Positions 18,031-26,549 of a stretch of DNA of 64,000 nt are shown here, in pieces; position 1 is the stretch's first letter; each line of letters starts with the position of its first letter. Made by a program: the position numbers and the translations under genes. The stretch comes from Weeksellaceae bacterium (GTDB lineage: Bacteria; Patescibacteriota; Microgenomatia; UBA1406; GWC2-37-13). The DNA lies in NCBI GenBank assembly GCA_041730495.1, contig JBGSBR010000004.1:13836-77835 (forward strand). The letters are read 5' to 3'. Under the pieces are notes generated by a model. It was not told the DNA's origin. It saw only the letters and a program-made list of their open reading frames with translations, and ran no database searches.

Positions 18031-18891
18031 ATGGGATATAAAGAACAAGTTGTAGGTCTCGCATTTGTATTAGGTCTAACTGGCTGTTCAGGGCTACCAC
18101 CTGAACAAAAGTCTCCTTTAGAACCTTTTGAAAACAAAAATACTCCTGTTCTTACGACACCAACCTCAGAAGCAGTGATTGATCCTTTTTGTAGTCCAGT
18201 TGTTGAATCTGGTACTCAATCCATAGAAGATAGTATTGTTTTCACTACAGACGATATTCCTTACTATAATCTCAATACTGCGAATGTTGCTACACTCGTC
18301 TCTACAATTCAAAGTGATATGAAAGATGGACTTATATATGGATATATACAACATCAAGCTAGTTCTACCAATGTAAGTAGTACTCCAATAAACTATTCTG
18401 AGTTTCAAACTGCACCACGTCAAGTAGAAGCTTTAGCCATAAATGTCGGGGTATTTTGTAATCATAATGGTTTACCTGCAGATAAAACTACTAGAAATGG
18501 TCTTGTTAGTTTGAACTACAGCGATAAAGCCTTTACGATTATTGCTGAACCTCCTGCTAATGTACAAGGGGTTGAAAACGATATTCTTGCCCAACTGAAC
18601 CAAGGAATGGTGGAAATGATGGTAAATGCTCATTTACAAAGTGGTCGCTATACAGATCAAGAAATTCAAGATATATCTTATGCATATGGGTTAAGTTATT
18701 TTTTGATTCGAAATGTAGGTATTGAAACCCATCAAGATTATGTGCGATATGTACAAAATAGTGTGAATGGGGACTCCACAGTTGAGGAAGGATTATCGAT
18801 TCCTATAATATCTTCCAATGCTTTTACGCGCATGGTACAGGTAGTAAACGATGGTGATATCATGACGTATACCCCTATGGATCAGTATTAA
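18031..18891 (+). CDS. Hypothetical lipoprotein
   Basis: Signal peptide with the lipobox LGLTGC (Cys19). No family assignable. Confidence 0.6.
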   Translation: MGYKEQVVGLAFVLGLTGCSGLPPEQKSPLEPFENKNTPVLTTPTSEAVIDPFCSPVVESGTQSIEDSIVFTTDDIPYYNLNTANVATLVSTIQSDMKDGLIYGYIQHQASSTNVSSTPINYSEFQTAPRQVEALAINVGVFCNHNGLPADKTTRNGLVSLNYSDKAFTIIAEPPANVQGVENDILAQLNQGMVEMMVNAHLQSGRYTDQEIQDISYAYGLSYFLIRNVGIETHQDYVRYVQNSVNGDSTVEEGLSIPIISSNAFTRMVQVVNDGDIMTYTPMDQY

Positions 18892-18913
18892 AAGCTAATT
18901 GCTTGTTTAACTT

Positions 18914-19774
18914 ATGATTATTCTTCATCCAGAAAACTCTGAGTCTTCTGAAGTTATGTTGCCCGAATTAATTGCTCCTTTTGGTCCATTAACTATAAAA
19001 GAGGAATTTAAAAAAAATAAAGTACATCTTGTGCATTATGCAGATAGAAATATCCGTCCACACAACTTAGGAGTTTGGCCCGCTGGGTCAAGATTTAATG
19101 ATACTTTCCCACCTCAACCGAGCAAGTGGCATATTGCGCCTCCTCCAGATCAACCATTAGTACTTAAATGTGATAATTTCACCGATGCCATGGAAGACGA
19201 ACGAGGCATTATGATGTCCGCAAGTAGTATCTTTCCTGAAGGCAGTAAAGTACGTTTACCCTACTTATATGGTTATGGAAGTATTAATAGTGCAAGATAC
19301 TTACTTCAAGAATATATTGAGCCGTCTTTTCGGCCTCTGAATCAATATATTGACGATAAACAGCAAATACCAGTGGAAGAAGCTTTTGAAATCGGCATAT
19401 TGATAGCAGATTTACTCACACAGATGCATGTACATGGCATGACCCACGGAGATATGTGTGGATATTTCCCAGACGAAGCCAGCGGGATGGGGCATGTTCT
19501 ATGGAATCCAGATACGAAAGAGATGAGAATCATAGATTGGGGTGAGGGTCGGAGTCATAGACATATTAATTTAGAATATAAAGATGGTCTCTATATGCAT
19601 GATCATATTGGGATAAGATCTACTCTGCGAATGCTGTTAGGCACAACCTCACAAGGAGCAGACATAAAAGACATGGTTCCAGTTCTTACCCGATACGCTA
19701 AAAATGGCTATGGAACAGCGCAATTGGCTGAAGATTTACGTGATTTATCTGTGAAATTAGGTTTTTCTATCTAA
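18914..19774 (+). CDS. Hypothetical protein with protein-kinase-like C-lobe motifs
   Basis: Hinge-like LLQEYIEP, catalytic-loop-like HGMTHGDM...N, and a DFG-equivalent IIDWGEG. No glycine-rich loop could be recognised. Confidence 0.45.
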   Translation: MIILHPENSESSEVMLPELIAPFGPLTIKEEFKKNKVHLVHYADRNIRPHNLGVWPAGSRFNDTFPPQPSKWHIAPPPDQPLVLKCDNFTDAMEDERGIMMSASSIFPEGSKVRLPYLYGYGSINSARYLLQEYIEPSFRPLNQYIDDKQQIPVEEAFEIGILIADLLTQMHVHGMTHGDMCGYFPDEASGMGHVLWNPDTKEMRIIDWGEGRSHRHINLEYKDGLYMHDHIGIRSTLRMLLGTTSQGADIKDMVPVLTRYAKNGYGTAQLAEDLRDLSVKLGFSI

Positions 19775-20760
19775 ACACCTACAGCTCTTCTGACAGTTTT
19801 GAGGGTAGCTTCGGCGATTTCGTTCGCTTGTTTGGCTCCACGAGCTCGTAGCTCATGTAAGTAGTCTCTATTTCCATCAAGTTCCGCTCGTTTCTTACGG
19901 ACATCGGCAAAATACTCCATGAAATGACCGAATAACTGCTTTTTGATCTCGACATCTCCGATTGTCCCTTGTTTATACTGCTCTTTCATGTCAGTGACTT
20001 TTGCAGCATCATACCCTAGTAATTCAAGGTACTCAAAAGTGACATTCTTCGCTGGATCACCAGGATCTGTCGGGTGAATACGTGCAGGATCTGTGGTGAT
20101 TGACATGATCTGTTTTTTGATCACTTCTTCTGGTGCAAAGATCGGTATGTCATTTCCTAGAGATTTACTCATTTTGCGCTCTCCATCAGTGCCTTTGATA
20201 CGGGCTGTTTCTTTGGTCAAATATACTTCTGGGATCTTGAAAACTTCGCCATAGCGATTGTTGAACGTGCGAGCGATCTCACGCGCCAGTTCGACGTGTT
20301 GTGCTTGATCTTGTCCGACTGGGACATAATCAGGATTGCTAAACAAAATGTCAGCTGCCATCAGCACTGGATATGAGAAAAGTCCCATACTGATACTATC
20401 TGCTGCCACATCATTTTGAAGTTTATCTTTGTAAGCATGCATGAGTTTGAGCTCAGAGACAGTCACTACATTATTCAAAATTGTTTGTAGATAGGGTACA
20501 GCTGGCACATCACTTTGGACGAAGAAAAGTGTCTTGGTCGGATCTAAGCCAAGCGCTAGGAACTCCATAAACACTTGTTCAGTATTTGTTTTAACCTCAA
20601 TAGGATCATAGACGGAGTTTAATGTATGGAGATTGGCGATGAAATAGATACAGCTTCCTTTGTCTTGGAAATCGAGCGCTGGTTTGGCCATGCCGAAGTA
20701 GTTGCCTAGATGTAATCCTTTGGTGGAGCTTGGATTAATACCGGAAAAGTAGGTTTTCAT
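19771..20760 (-). CDS. trpS: Tryptophan--tRNA ligase
   Basis: HIGH-type motif GLHLGNYFG, KMSKS, and an overall TrpRS pattern. Confidence 0.95.
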   Translation of the reverse strand: MKTYFSGINPSSTKGLHLGNYFGMAKPALDFQDKGSCIYFIANLHTLNSVYDPIEVKTNTEQVFMEFLALGLDPTKTLFFVQSDVPAVPYLQTILNNVVTVSELKLMHAYKDKLQNDVAADSISMGLFSYPVLMAADILFSNPDYVPVGQDQAQHVELAREIARTFNNRYGEVFKIPEVYLTKETARIKGTDGERKMSKSLGNDIPIFAPEEVIKKQIMSITTDPARIHPTDPGDPAKNVTFEYLELLGYDAAKVTDMKEQYKQGTIGDVEIKKQLFGHFMEYFADVRKKRAELDGNRDYLHELRARGAKQANEIAEATLKTVRRAVGV

Positions 20761-20768
20761 AAGTGAAA

Positions 20769-20845
20769 TGGTGCGCGCGCCTGGACTTGAACCGGGGACC
20801 TTTGCAATGTCAATGCAATGCTCTAGCCAACTGAGCTACGCGCGC
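20769..20845 (-). tRNA. tRNA-Val (anticodon GAC), CCA encoded
   Basis: Cloverleaf GCGCGCG/CGCGCGC acceptor, anticodon arm TTGCA-TTGACAT-TGCAA, TTCAAGT T-loop, 3' ACCA. One C-A mismatch in the T stem. Confidence 0.85.
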
Positions 20846-20972
20846 AATCTTTAAACTGAGGCAATTATAGCAAAAAAGATGACAGAAAAACTAGAGCGTG
20901 AATTTCTGTACTCTTGCGACTACACTAGTAGTAAGCGTCACTAATCACAATTTTATCAATTTACATCTGTTT

Positions 20973-21917
20973 ATGAAAAAAATACTGGTAACAGGAGCAT
21001 TCGGGCTCGTCGGTACAGAGCTTGTTGCTGAGTTACAAAAAATGCATGGTAAAGAAAATATTGTGGCGCTTGGTAATAAACGAATTCCTGAGAACTTCGA
21101 TGGGATCGTCGAGCAGACAGATGTTCGTGATGCTGCCAAACTCGAAGAACTGATCACTAAATATGATGTTGATACTGTGTATCATCTCGCTGGCCTACTG
21201 TCTGTCGGTGGTGAAAAGAATCCTGATCTTGCCTGGGATGTGAATGCAAATGGACTAAAACTTGTGCTTGATCTTGCTGTAAAACATAAACTCAAAGTTT
21301 TCTGGCCAAGCTCAATTGCTGCCTTCGGACCGACAACTCCGAAACAAAATACACCACAACATACTGTACTTGAACCATCGACGATCTATGGAGTGACGAA
21401 AGTTGCTGGTGAACTGATGTGTCAGTATTACAATCAACGTTATGGAGTCGATGTCCGTAGTCTGCGCTACCCTGGTCTGAATGGCTGGAAAGCTGATCCA
21501 GGTGACGGCACGACTGAGTATGCAATCCATATTTACTATGCTGCACTCACTGATAAACACTATGTATTGCCTCTCAAAGATGACACAGTGCTCCCGATGA
21601 TGTATATGGATGATGCGATCAAAGGAACGATTCAGATCATGCAAGCTCCAGCAGAGAAGATTACAGTCCGTATGGGATACAATTTCAGTGCGATCAATTT
21701 TGCGCCCAAAGATATCGTGGCATCAATCCAAAAAAAGATTCCAGATTTCACTGTCGTCTATCAGCCAAATCATACGCAAGCTATCGCTGATAGCTGGCCC
21801 AAGACGATCGATGACTCTGATGCACGACGTGATTGGGGTTGGGAGCATGAGTTTGACCTTGATCGTATGACTGAGGTGATGCTCGAAAATATACAAAAAT
21901 ATAAATTACACAAATAA
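20973..21917 (+). CDS. tdh: L-threonine 3-dehydrogenase, SDR/epimerase type
   Basis: Starts MKKILVTGAFGLVGTEL (Rossmann GxxGxxG) at the internal ATG 20973 and has the YxxxK pattern (YGVTK). Sits immediately upstream of kbl. Confidence 0.75.
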   Translation: MKKILVTGAFGLVGTELVAELQKMHGKENIVALGNKRIPENFDGIVEQTDVRDAAKLEELITKYDVDTVYHLAGLLSVGGEKNPDLAWDVNANGLKLVLDLAVKHKLKVFWPSSIAAFGPTTPKQNTPQHTVLEPSTIYGVTKVAGELMCQYYNQRYGVDVRSLRYPGLNGWKADPGDGTTEYAIHIYYAALTDKHYVLPLKDDTVLPMMYMDDAIKGTIQIMQAPAEKITVRMGYNFSAINFAPKDIVASIQKKIPDFTVVYQPNHTQAIADSWPKTIDDSDARRDWGWEHEFDLDRMTEVMLENIQKYKLHK

Positions 21918-21919
21918 CT

Positions 21920-23152
21920 ATGGCCAAAGCAGCATTTATCGATATCTTAAACCAAGAAGTAGCCCGTATTGACGGTGTAAAAACCTCGAAACGTAATGAA
22001 CGTATTATCGAAGGTTTTACTGACGAAGCGTCTCCAAAAGCTCTTATTGAAGGCAAAGAGTTTCAAGTATTTAACTCTAATGATTATCTGGGCTTACGAC
22101 ACAATCCTATGCTCAAAACAGCTGAGCATGAAGCCTCACAAAAGCTAGGATCTGGACCTGGTGCCGTCCGTTTCATCTCTGGTACCCTCAAAGTACATCG
22201 AGATCTCGAAAAAGCTGTCGCCAAATTTCATGGAAGAGACGACGCAATTGTTTTTTCATCTGCGTTTGCGACCAATCTGGCAGTGCTTTTCACTCTCAGT
22301 GCAGGTCAAAACAAAGATTCATTAGTCACTTCTGAGGTTTTGGTGCTCTCAGATGCTCTCAATCATCGCAGTATCATCGATGGTATACGACTCGCTAATC
22401 TCCCGAAAGAACAGCGCAAAGTCTTCAAACATCTGGATATGGAAGATTTCCGTCGCATACTCGAAGAAGGCAAAGGTCAGTACAAACGGATATTAGTTGT
22501 CACTGACGGCGTATTTAGTATGCTCGGCGAGTATCAAAAGCTGAAAGAAATGCGAGAAATCATCGATCAATATGATGCTGAGTATGAACAAGGAATCTTG
22601 CTTGTCGTCGATGACTGTCATGGCGTCGGTATCGCTGGTGAGACAGGTCGTGGAGTCGAAGAAATTGAAAATGTTCATTCAGATGTACTCGTAGGTACAT
22701 TTGGTAAAGCGTTTGGTGCAGATGGTGGATATGTAGTTGCGAGTCAGCAGATTATCGATTATTTGCGTGAATCCTCTGCCACCTATATTTACTCAAACTC
22801 GGTATCTCCTGGTACAGCCGGAGCAGCACTTGCCGCAGTCGAGCTCATCGACACTCCAGAAGGAGCTGAGTTACTCGCAAATTCACGTAAAAATACGGCA
22901 TATTTCAAAGAACAGATGACAAAAGCTGGTTTCGAGTTTGCCGCAGAGTCAGCACATCCTATACAACCTGTGCTTATCGGTGACCCAATCAAAACTCGTG
23001 CTATCGTCGATAAACTCTATGACAATGGCGTCTTGGTGACTAATATCAGTTACCCAGTCGTACCCAAAGGTAGAGATGAGATCAGAGTGCAAGTTTCTGC
23101 TGTGCATACTCAAGGTGATATAGATTACCTTATCGAGCAGTTTCAAAAGTAA
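21920..23152 (+). CDS. kbl: Glycine C-acetyltransferase (2-amino-3-ketobutyrate CoA ligase)
   Basis: Alpha-oxoamine synthase pattern with the PLP lysine in GTFGKAFG, NHRSIIDG and DDCHGVG. Confidence 0.85.
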   Translation: MAKAAFIDILNQEVARIDGVKTSKRNERIIEGFTDEASPKALIEGKEFQVFNSNDYLGLRHNPMLKTAEHEASQKLGSGPGAVRFISGTLKVHRDLEKAVAKFHGRDDAIVFSSAFATNLAVLFTLSAGQNKDSLVTSEVLVLSDALNHRSIIDGIRLANLPKEQRKVFKHLDMEDFRRILEEGKGQYKRILVVTDGVFSMLGEYQKLKEMREIIDQYDAEYEQGILLVVDDCHGVGIAGETGRGVEEIENVHSDVLVGTFGKAFGADGGYVVASQQIIDYLRESSATYIYSNSVSPGTAGAALAAVELIDTPEGAELLANSRKNTAYFKEQMTKAGFEFAAESAHPIQPVLIGDPIKTRAIVDKLYDNGVLVTNISYPVVPKGRDEIRVQVSAVHTQGDIDYLIEQFQK

Positions 23153-23154
23153 GC

Positions 23155-23343
23155 TCAGTTGTTACTATGATTTTGACGATTCCGGGACTTATTTTGATTG
23201 TATTCGGAGTCTTTGAAGCTCTCGAAATACAACTTATAAGACAATACCAGTATGAAAACAATGACTAACAGTACTATTTCATAGCCTCTGAGGATGGGCA
23301 TATGGATAGTTTGAGGTAGATTGTTTTGTAATGTTTCTAACAT
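23155..23343 (-). CDS. Hypothetical small membrane protein
   Basis: Single hydrophobic helix (IVLLVIVFILVLSYKLYF). No other support. Confidence 0.3.
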   Translation of the reverse strand: MLETLQNNLPQTIHMPILRGYEIVLLVIVFILVLSYKLYFESFKDSEYNQNKSRNRQNHSNN

Positions 23344-23409
23344 GCCCCAACTTTAAACCAGCAGGGTCACTTTTACTACAGAAATACGTAAGAAAAATGT
23401 AAAAGTAGA

Positions 23410-24453
23410 TTATTTGGCGTATTCTTTCAACAAAGTCCAGGTAGCAAACTCATCTTTTGGCAGATGTTCTTTGGTCGTATACCGCTCATATGACTCGATA
23501 AAATGAGGAATAAGCACCTTTGCTTGATACGTGGTAGTGACTGTCGGATGGATATAGTAACTACGGCAGACTGCAACAGTGTTTCTCAGGTGTTTAGCTA
23601 CCTCTTTCACAGCTTGAGTGACATTCTTTTGAGCTAGTTTTTTCGTATCAAATGGTCCAATTGTATTCAGAGTATCAGCCGCAAGTACAGTACCACCCCA
23701 GGTACGGAAGTCTTTGGCGGTTATATCTTCACCTGTGATTGCTTTCAGATAATCATTTACTTCTTGTGAGTCGACAGCATGACGTTTACCCTCGTCATCG
23801 AGGTACTGGAAAATCTCGTAACCTGGTAATTCGACGATTTTACGTAATGTTTGAGCTACTTTTTTGTGCCTGACGTCGATATCATGGAAAACACCACTTT
23901 TGCCTTTGAACTGAAAATGAATCGTATTACCCTCAAAATCGAGGTGTTTCATGCGCATTGTGGTGAGCCCGTAAGACTGGTTTTCTTTGGCATACTCTTC
24001 GTTACCCACTCTGATAAGCGTGTTTTCAAGCAGCCAGACTACGGTAGCTAGTACTCGTTCCTTCTGCAAACCTGTTTCGTTCATATCTGAGCGTATTTTA
24101 CGGCGCAAGGTCGGCAAAAACTCACCAAACTCAATCATTCGGTTAAACTTAGTTTGCTGCTGTAATTTATGCCATTCTTCATGATACAGGTACTGTTTAC
24201 GGCCTTTAGCATCATATCCAGTCGCTTGCAAGTGACCCTCTGGACGATCGCACAGCATCACTTTTTCCCATGCAGGAGGGATTCGCAGCTTATCGAAGCG
24301 TTCTAGCACCTCAGGATCCTTGATTTCCTTGCCATCTTGGTCTAAATAAGCGAATTTCTTGCCTTTTTTCACTCTCGTGAAGCAAAAAGACTCTGGATCG
24401 ACGTATCTGATGTGAAATTTCTTGAGTTCTTGAGGAGTGGGTAATTGAGGCAT
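23410..24453 (-). CDS. Type IB DNA topoisomerase (poxvirus-like bacterial TopIB)
   Basis: Pattern YLDQDGKEI...PPAW...GYDAKGRKQY...LIRVGNEEYA...FRTWGGT...CRSYYIHP, with a C-terminal catalytic Tyr context. Confidence 0.8.
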   Translation of the reverse strand: MPQLPTPQELKKFHIRYVDPESFCFTRVKKGKKFAYLDQDGKEIKDPEVLERFDKLRIPPAWEKVMLCDRPEGHLQATGYDAKGRKQYLYHEEWHKLQQQTKFNRMIEFGEFLPTLRRKIRSDMNETGLQKERVLATVVWLLENTLIRVGNEEYAKENQSYGLTTMRMKHLDFEGNTIHFQFKGKSGVFHDIDVRHKKVAQTLRKIVELPGYEIFQYLDDEGKRHAVDSQEVNDYLKAITGEDITAKDFRTWGGTVLAADTLNTIGPFDTKKLAQKNVTQAVKEVAKHLRNTVAVCRSYYIHPTVTTTYQAKVLIPHFIESYERYTTKEHLPKDEFATWTLLKEYAK

Positions 24454-24565
24454 GTTTTTAGTTATAAATTCTCAGTTGTAAGTTAATAGTTTACTCTTTA
24501 ATACATAAAAATATACTACAAAAACTAACTAGGTCTGCTATAATTTCTTATTCCTTACAGCTTAA

Positions 24566-24641
24566 GGACGCGTGGTGTAGCCTGGCTTAACACACTTCCC
24601 TGTCACGGAAGAGATCGCGGGTTCGAATCCCGTCGCGTCCG
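24566..24641 (+). tRNA. tRNA-Asp (anticodon GTC)
   Basis: Acceptor GGACGCG/CGCGTCC, anticodon arm CTTCC-CTGTCAC-GGAAG, TTCGAAT T-loop, discriminator G. No encoded CCA. Confidence 0.9.
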
Positions 24642-24794
24642 CATTTACTTCAAAATACTTCATTTTCTTCTTTAAACGTAAACTTACTCTGAAATCTTAC
24701 ATAAGGGCTCCTATGTGTTTAGGTTGTCACAACAATGCTTATATGTAATTTATTTGTCCTATTATGAAGGCTATATAAATACTCATACATTTAC

Positions 24795-24823
24795 TTGACA
24801 AACCTATAATAATAGATTATACT
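24795..24823 (+). promoter_or_regulatory. Sigma70-like promoter
   Basis: TTGACA (24795..24800), 17 nt, TATACT (24818..24823). Confidence 0.5.
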
Positions 24824-24832
24824 TATCGTTAG

Positions 24833-24877
24833 GTCCTAAGGTTTTTCCCCTTTTATGAAAAGCTTTAGGACTTTTTT
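24833..24877 (+). terminator. Terminator-like hairpin with T6 in the 5' leader of the GH73-like gene
   Basis: GTCCTAAGG pairs with CTTTAGGAC (9 bp including one G-U). An inner CTTTT/AAAAG stem has an ATG loop. Followed by TTTTTT (24872..24877). Confidence 0.45.
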
Positions 24878-24901
24878 ATTGGCAAAAATTGATTCAATTT
24901 T

Positions 24902-25465
24902 ATGAAACATATTTTCCATAAAACTATTCTTATAGCATTACTGATTATGTCAGTTTTATTATTACCGTTGCCTGTGCAAGCTCGCTCAGAAGCAGGAACA
25001 TCGGCTGCTCTCCTCTCTGCTCCAAAATCAGCTACAGCTGAAAATGTACTCTTGAAACGTTTAGTTATCAAAGAGGTTTTAGAGCGTTACAACTCACCGC
25101 TTATCGCTGATGTGGATTCATTTATGAAGACATGTACAGCTCACGAGCTGGATTGTTACTTGTTGCCTTCTATCTCAGGTGTCGAATCTACTTTCGGTAA
25201 ATTTCTGATGCCTGACTCACATAATCCCTTTGGTTGGGGTGGTGGTCACATCTATTTCGATACATATGAAGATGGTATTGAGGCTGTTGGAAGTGGACTG
25301 CGTAATAACTATATCAATCGTGGAGCACATAGTATCGATGAAATCGGTGCTATCTATGCTGGAAGTAAAACATGGCCTACGAAAGTGAAGTTCTTCTTGG
25401 GTGTCTTCGAGCAAGCAGAAGCTGAAAAGCGTATGCACTTCAGTCAGCTTGCTGTTGAGCTGTAA
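24902..25465 (+). CDS. Secreted GH73-like peptidoglycan hydrolase (glucosaminidase family)
   Basis: Signal peptide. SGVESTFGK, HNPFGWGGG and FDTYEDGIEAVGSGL resemble the ESGWG / NNxFGIK / Y..S..D pattern of FlgJ/LytD-type glucosaminidases. Confidence 0.5.
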   Translation: MKHIFHKTILIALLIMSVLLLPLPVQARSEAGTSAALLSAPKSATAENVLLKRLVIKEVLERYNSPLIADVDSFMKTCTAHELDCYLLPSISGVESTFGKFLMPDSHNPFGWGGGHIYFDTYEDGIEAVGSGLRNNYINRGAHSIDEIGAIYAGSKTWPTKVKFFLGVFEQAEAEKRMHFSQLAVEL

Positions 25466-25494
25466 GTATAATAAAGGGTAAATCTTCGTTCATA

Positions 25495-25586
25495 TATGTC
25501 TGTTCGCTAACTTCAAGCAGAGGAAAGTACCTTTTTTTACATATAGAGTCTTTTTCTGCACGTGAAATCAGTTCATATCCACATAT
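25495..25586. repeat. Intergenic repeat family 2, copy A
   Basis: Core TTCGCTAACTTCAAGCAGAGG (25503..25523) matches 43189..43209 at 20/21. A second similar block begins with CGTGAA at the same 58-nt offset. Confidence 0.45.
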
Positions 25587-25613
25587 TTACTCGTAAGTAT
25601 TGAGTTTCTGCAT

Positions 25614-25642
25614 TTGTCATATTGAGCTTCGTTTACTATAAT
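25614..25642 (+). promoter_or_regulatory. Candidate tig promoter
   Basis: TTGTCA (25614..25619), 17 nt, TATAAT (25637..25642). Confidence 0.4.
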
Positions 25643-25652
25643 AGCGTTATTA

Positions 25653-26537
25653 TTGAGTATTAAAACTATGCACACATACAAACGCACAAATAAACCACAT
25701 AACACGGTTGAATTACTTATCAAGATCCCTTGGAAACAGGTCGAAACTGCTTATGCTACCTCATTTGAAAAGCTTCGCAAGGACCTAGAAGCTGAAGGCT
25801 TCCGCAAAGGAAAAGTACCAAAAGATGTCGCTGAAAAGCGTATTCGTCGTGATGATGTCTATCAAGACCTCATGCAAGCTATCCTCCCTGAGATCTATAG
25901 TGATATCGTGCAAAAAGAAGCTATTAAACCTATCGTTTCTCCTAAAATTGAGCTTGTAACAGCCAAAGAAAACGAAGATTGGGAGCTCAAGATGACTACA
26001 GCTGAAAAACCTGAGATCAAACTCGGTGATTACAAGAAAAAAGTCCAAGAAGCCAAAAAAGAAGCTCAAAAAGCTGATATTTGGGTCCCAGGTAAAGACA
26101 AAGAGCCTACTGAAGCTGATAAAGAACGTCAACGACAAGCTGCTTTCCAAGCTGCACTCGATGCATTGCTTAAAGAAGCTACAGTCGAAGTATCTGAGAT
26201 GATCATCGAAGAGGATGTAAATCAACGTCTTTCACGCTTAGTAGACGATGTACAACGCATCGGTATGACCATGGAAGCTTATCTGAAGTCCAAAAATACG
26301 ACTCAAGAACAGCTCATGGAGCAGTATAAAAAAGAAATAGTCGAAAACTATAAGCTCGAGTTCTTATTGCAAGAAATCGCAGATGCAGAAAAGATCACGG
26401 TAGAACAGTCTGAACTGGACACTGTCTTCTCTGGCATCAAAGATGAGAAGCAAAGAGCAGCAGCACAGCAAAATGGGTATTATTACGCCACACTGCTCCG
26501 TAAGCAGAAGGTTCTTGATTACCTAAATAGCCTGTAG
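25653..26537 (+). CDS. tig: Trigger factor lacking the PPIase domain
   Basis: N-terminal ribosome-binding domain with GFRKGKVP, then directly the C-terminal arm domain. Only about 290 aa. The start is TTG 25653 or ATG 25668. Confidence 0.75.
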   Translation: MSIKTMHTYKRTNKPHNTVELLIKIPWKQVETAYATSFEKLRKDLEAEGFRKGKVPKDVAEKRIRRDDVYQDLMQAILPEIYSDIVQKEAIKPIVSPKIELVTAKENEDWELKMTTAEKPEIKLGDYKKKVQEAKKEAQKADIWVPGKDKEPTEADKERQRQAAFQAALDALLKEATVEVSEMIIEEDVNQRLSRLVDDVQRIGMTMEAYLKSKNTTQEQLMEQYKKEIVENYKLEFLLQEIADAEKITVEQSELDTVFSGIKDEKQRAAAQQNGYYYATLLRKQKVLDYLNSL

Positions 26538-26543
26538 TATAAT
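26515..26543 (+). promoter_or_regulatory. Promoter abutting the next ORF (leaderless)
   Basis: TTGATT (26515..26520), 17 nt, TATAAT (26538..26543), 6 nt, ATG 26550. Confidence 0.5.
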
Positions 26544-26549
26544 TAGATC

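Noticed and set aside
17910-18137. 75-aa tracked ORF on the minus strand
   Set aside because: It spans the divergent promoter region and overlaps the lipoprotein gene start. Only its last 14 codons, downstream of the mapped -10 box, are considered meaningful (the thr leader peptide).
20879-20944. 21-codon uORF (MTEKLEREFLYSCDYTSSKRH) 7 nt after a TATAGC upstream of tdh, as a possible Thr-sensing leader
   Set aside because: It has no Thr run, no convincing -35 box and no terminator hairpin, so it is probably fortuitous.
25785-26225. 146-aa minus-strand ORF inside tig
   Set aside because: It is antisense to tig and has a Phe/Leu/Ser-rich low-complexity translation typical of the opposite strand of a Lys/Glu-rich gene.
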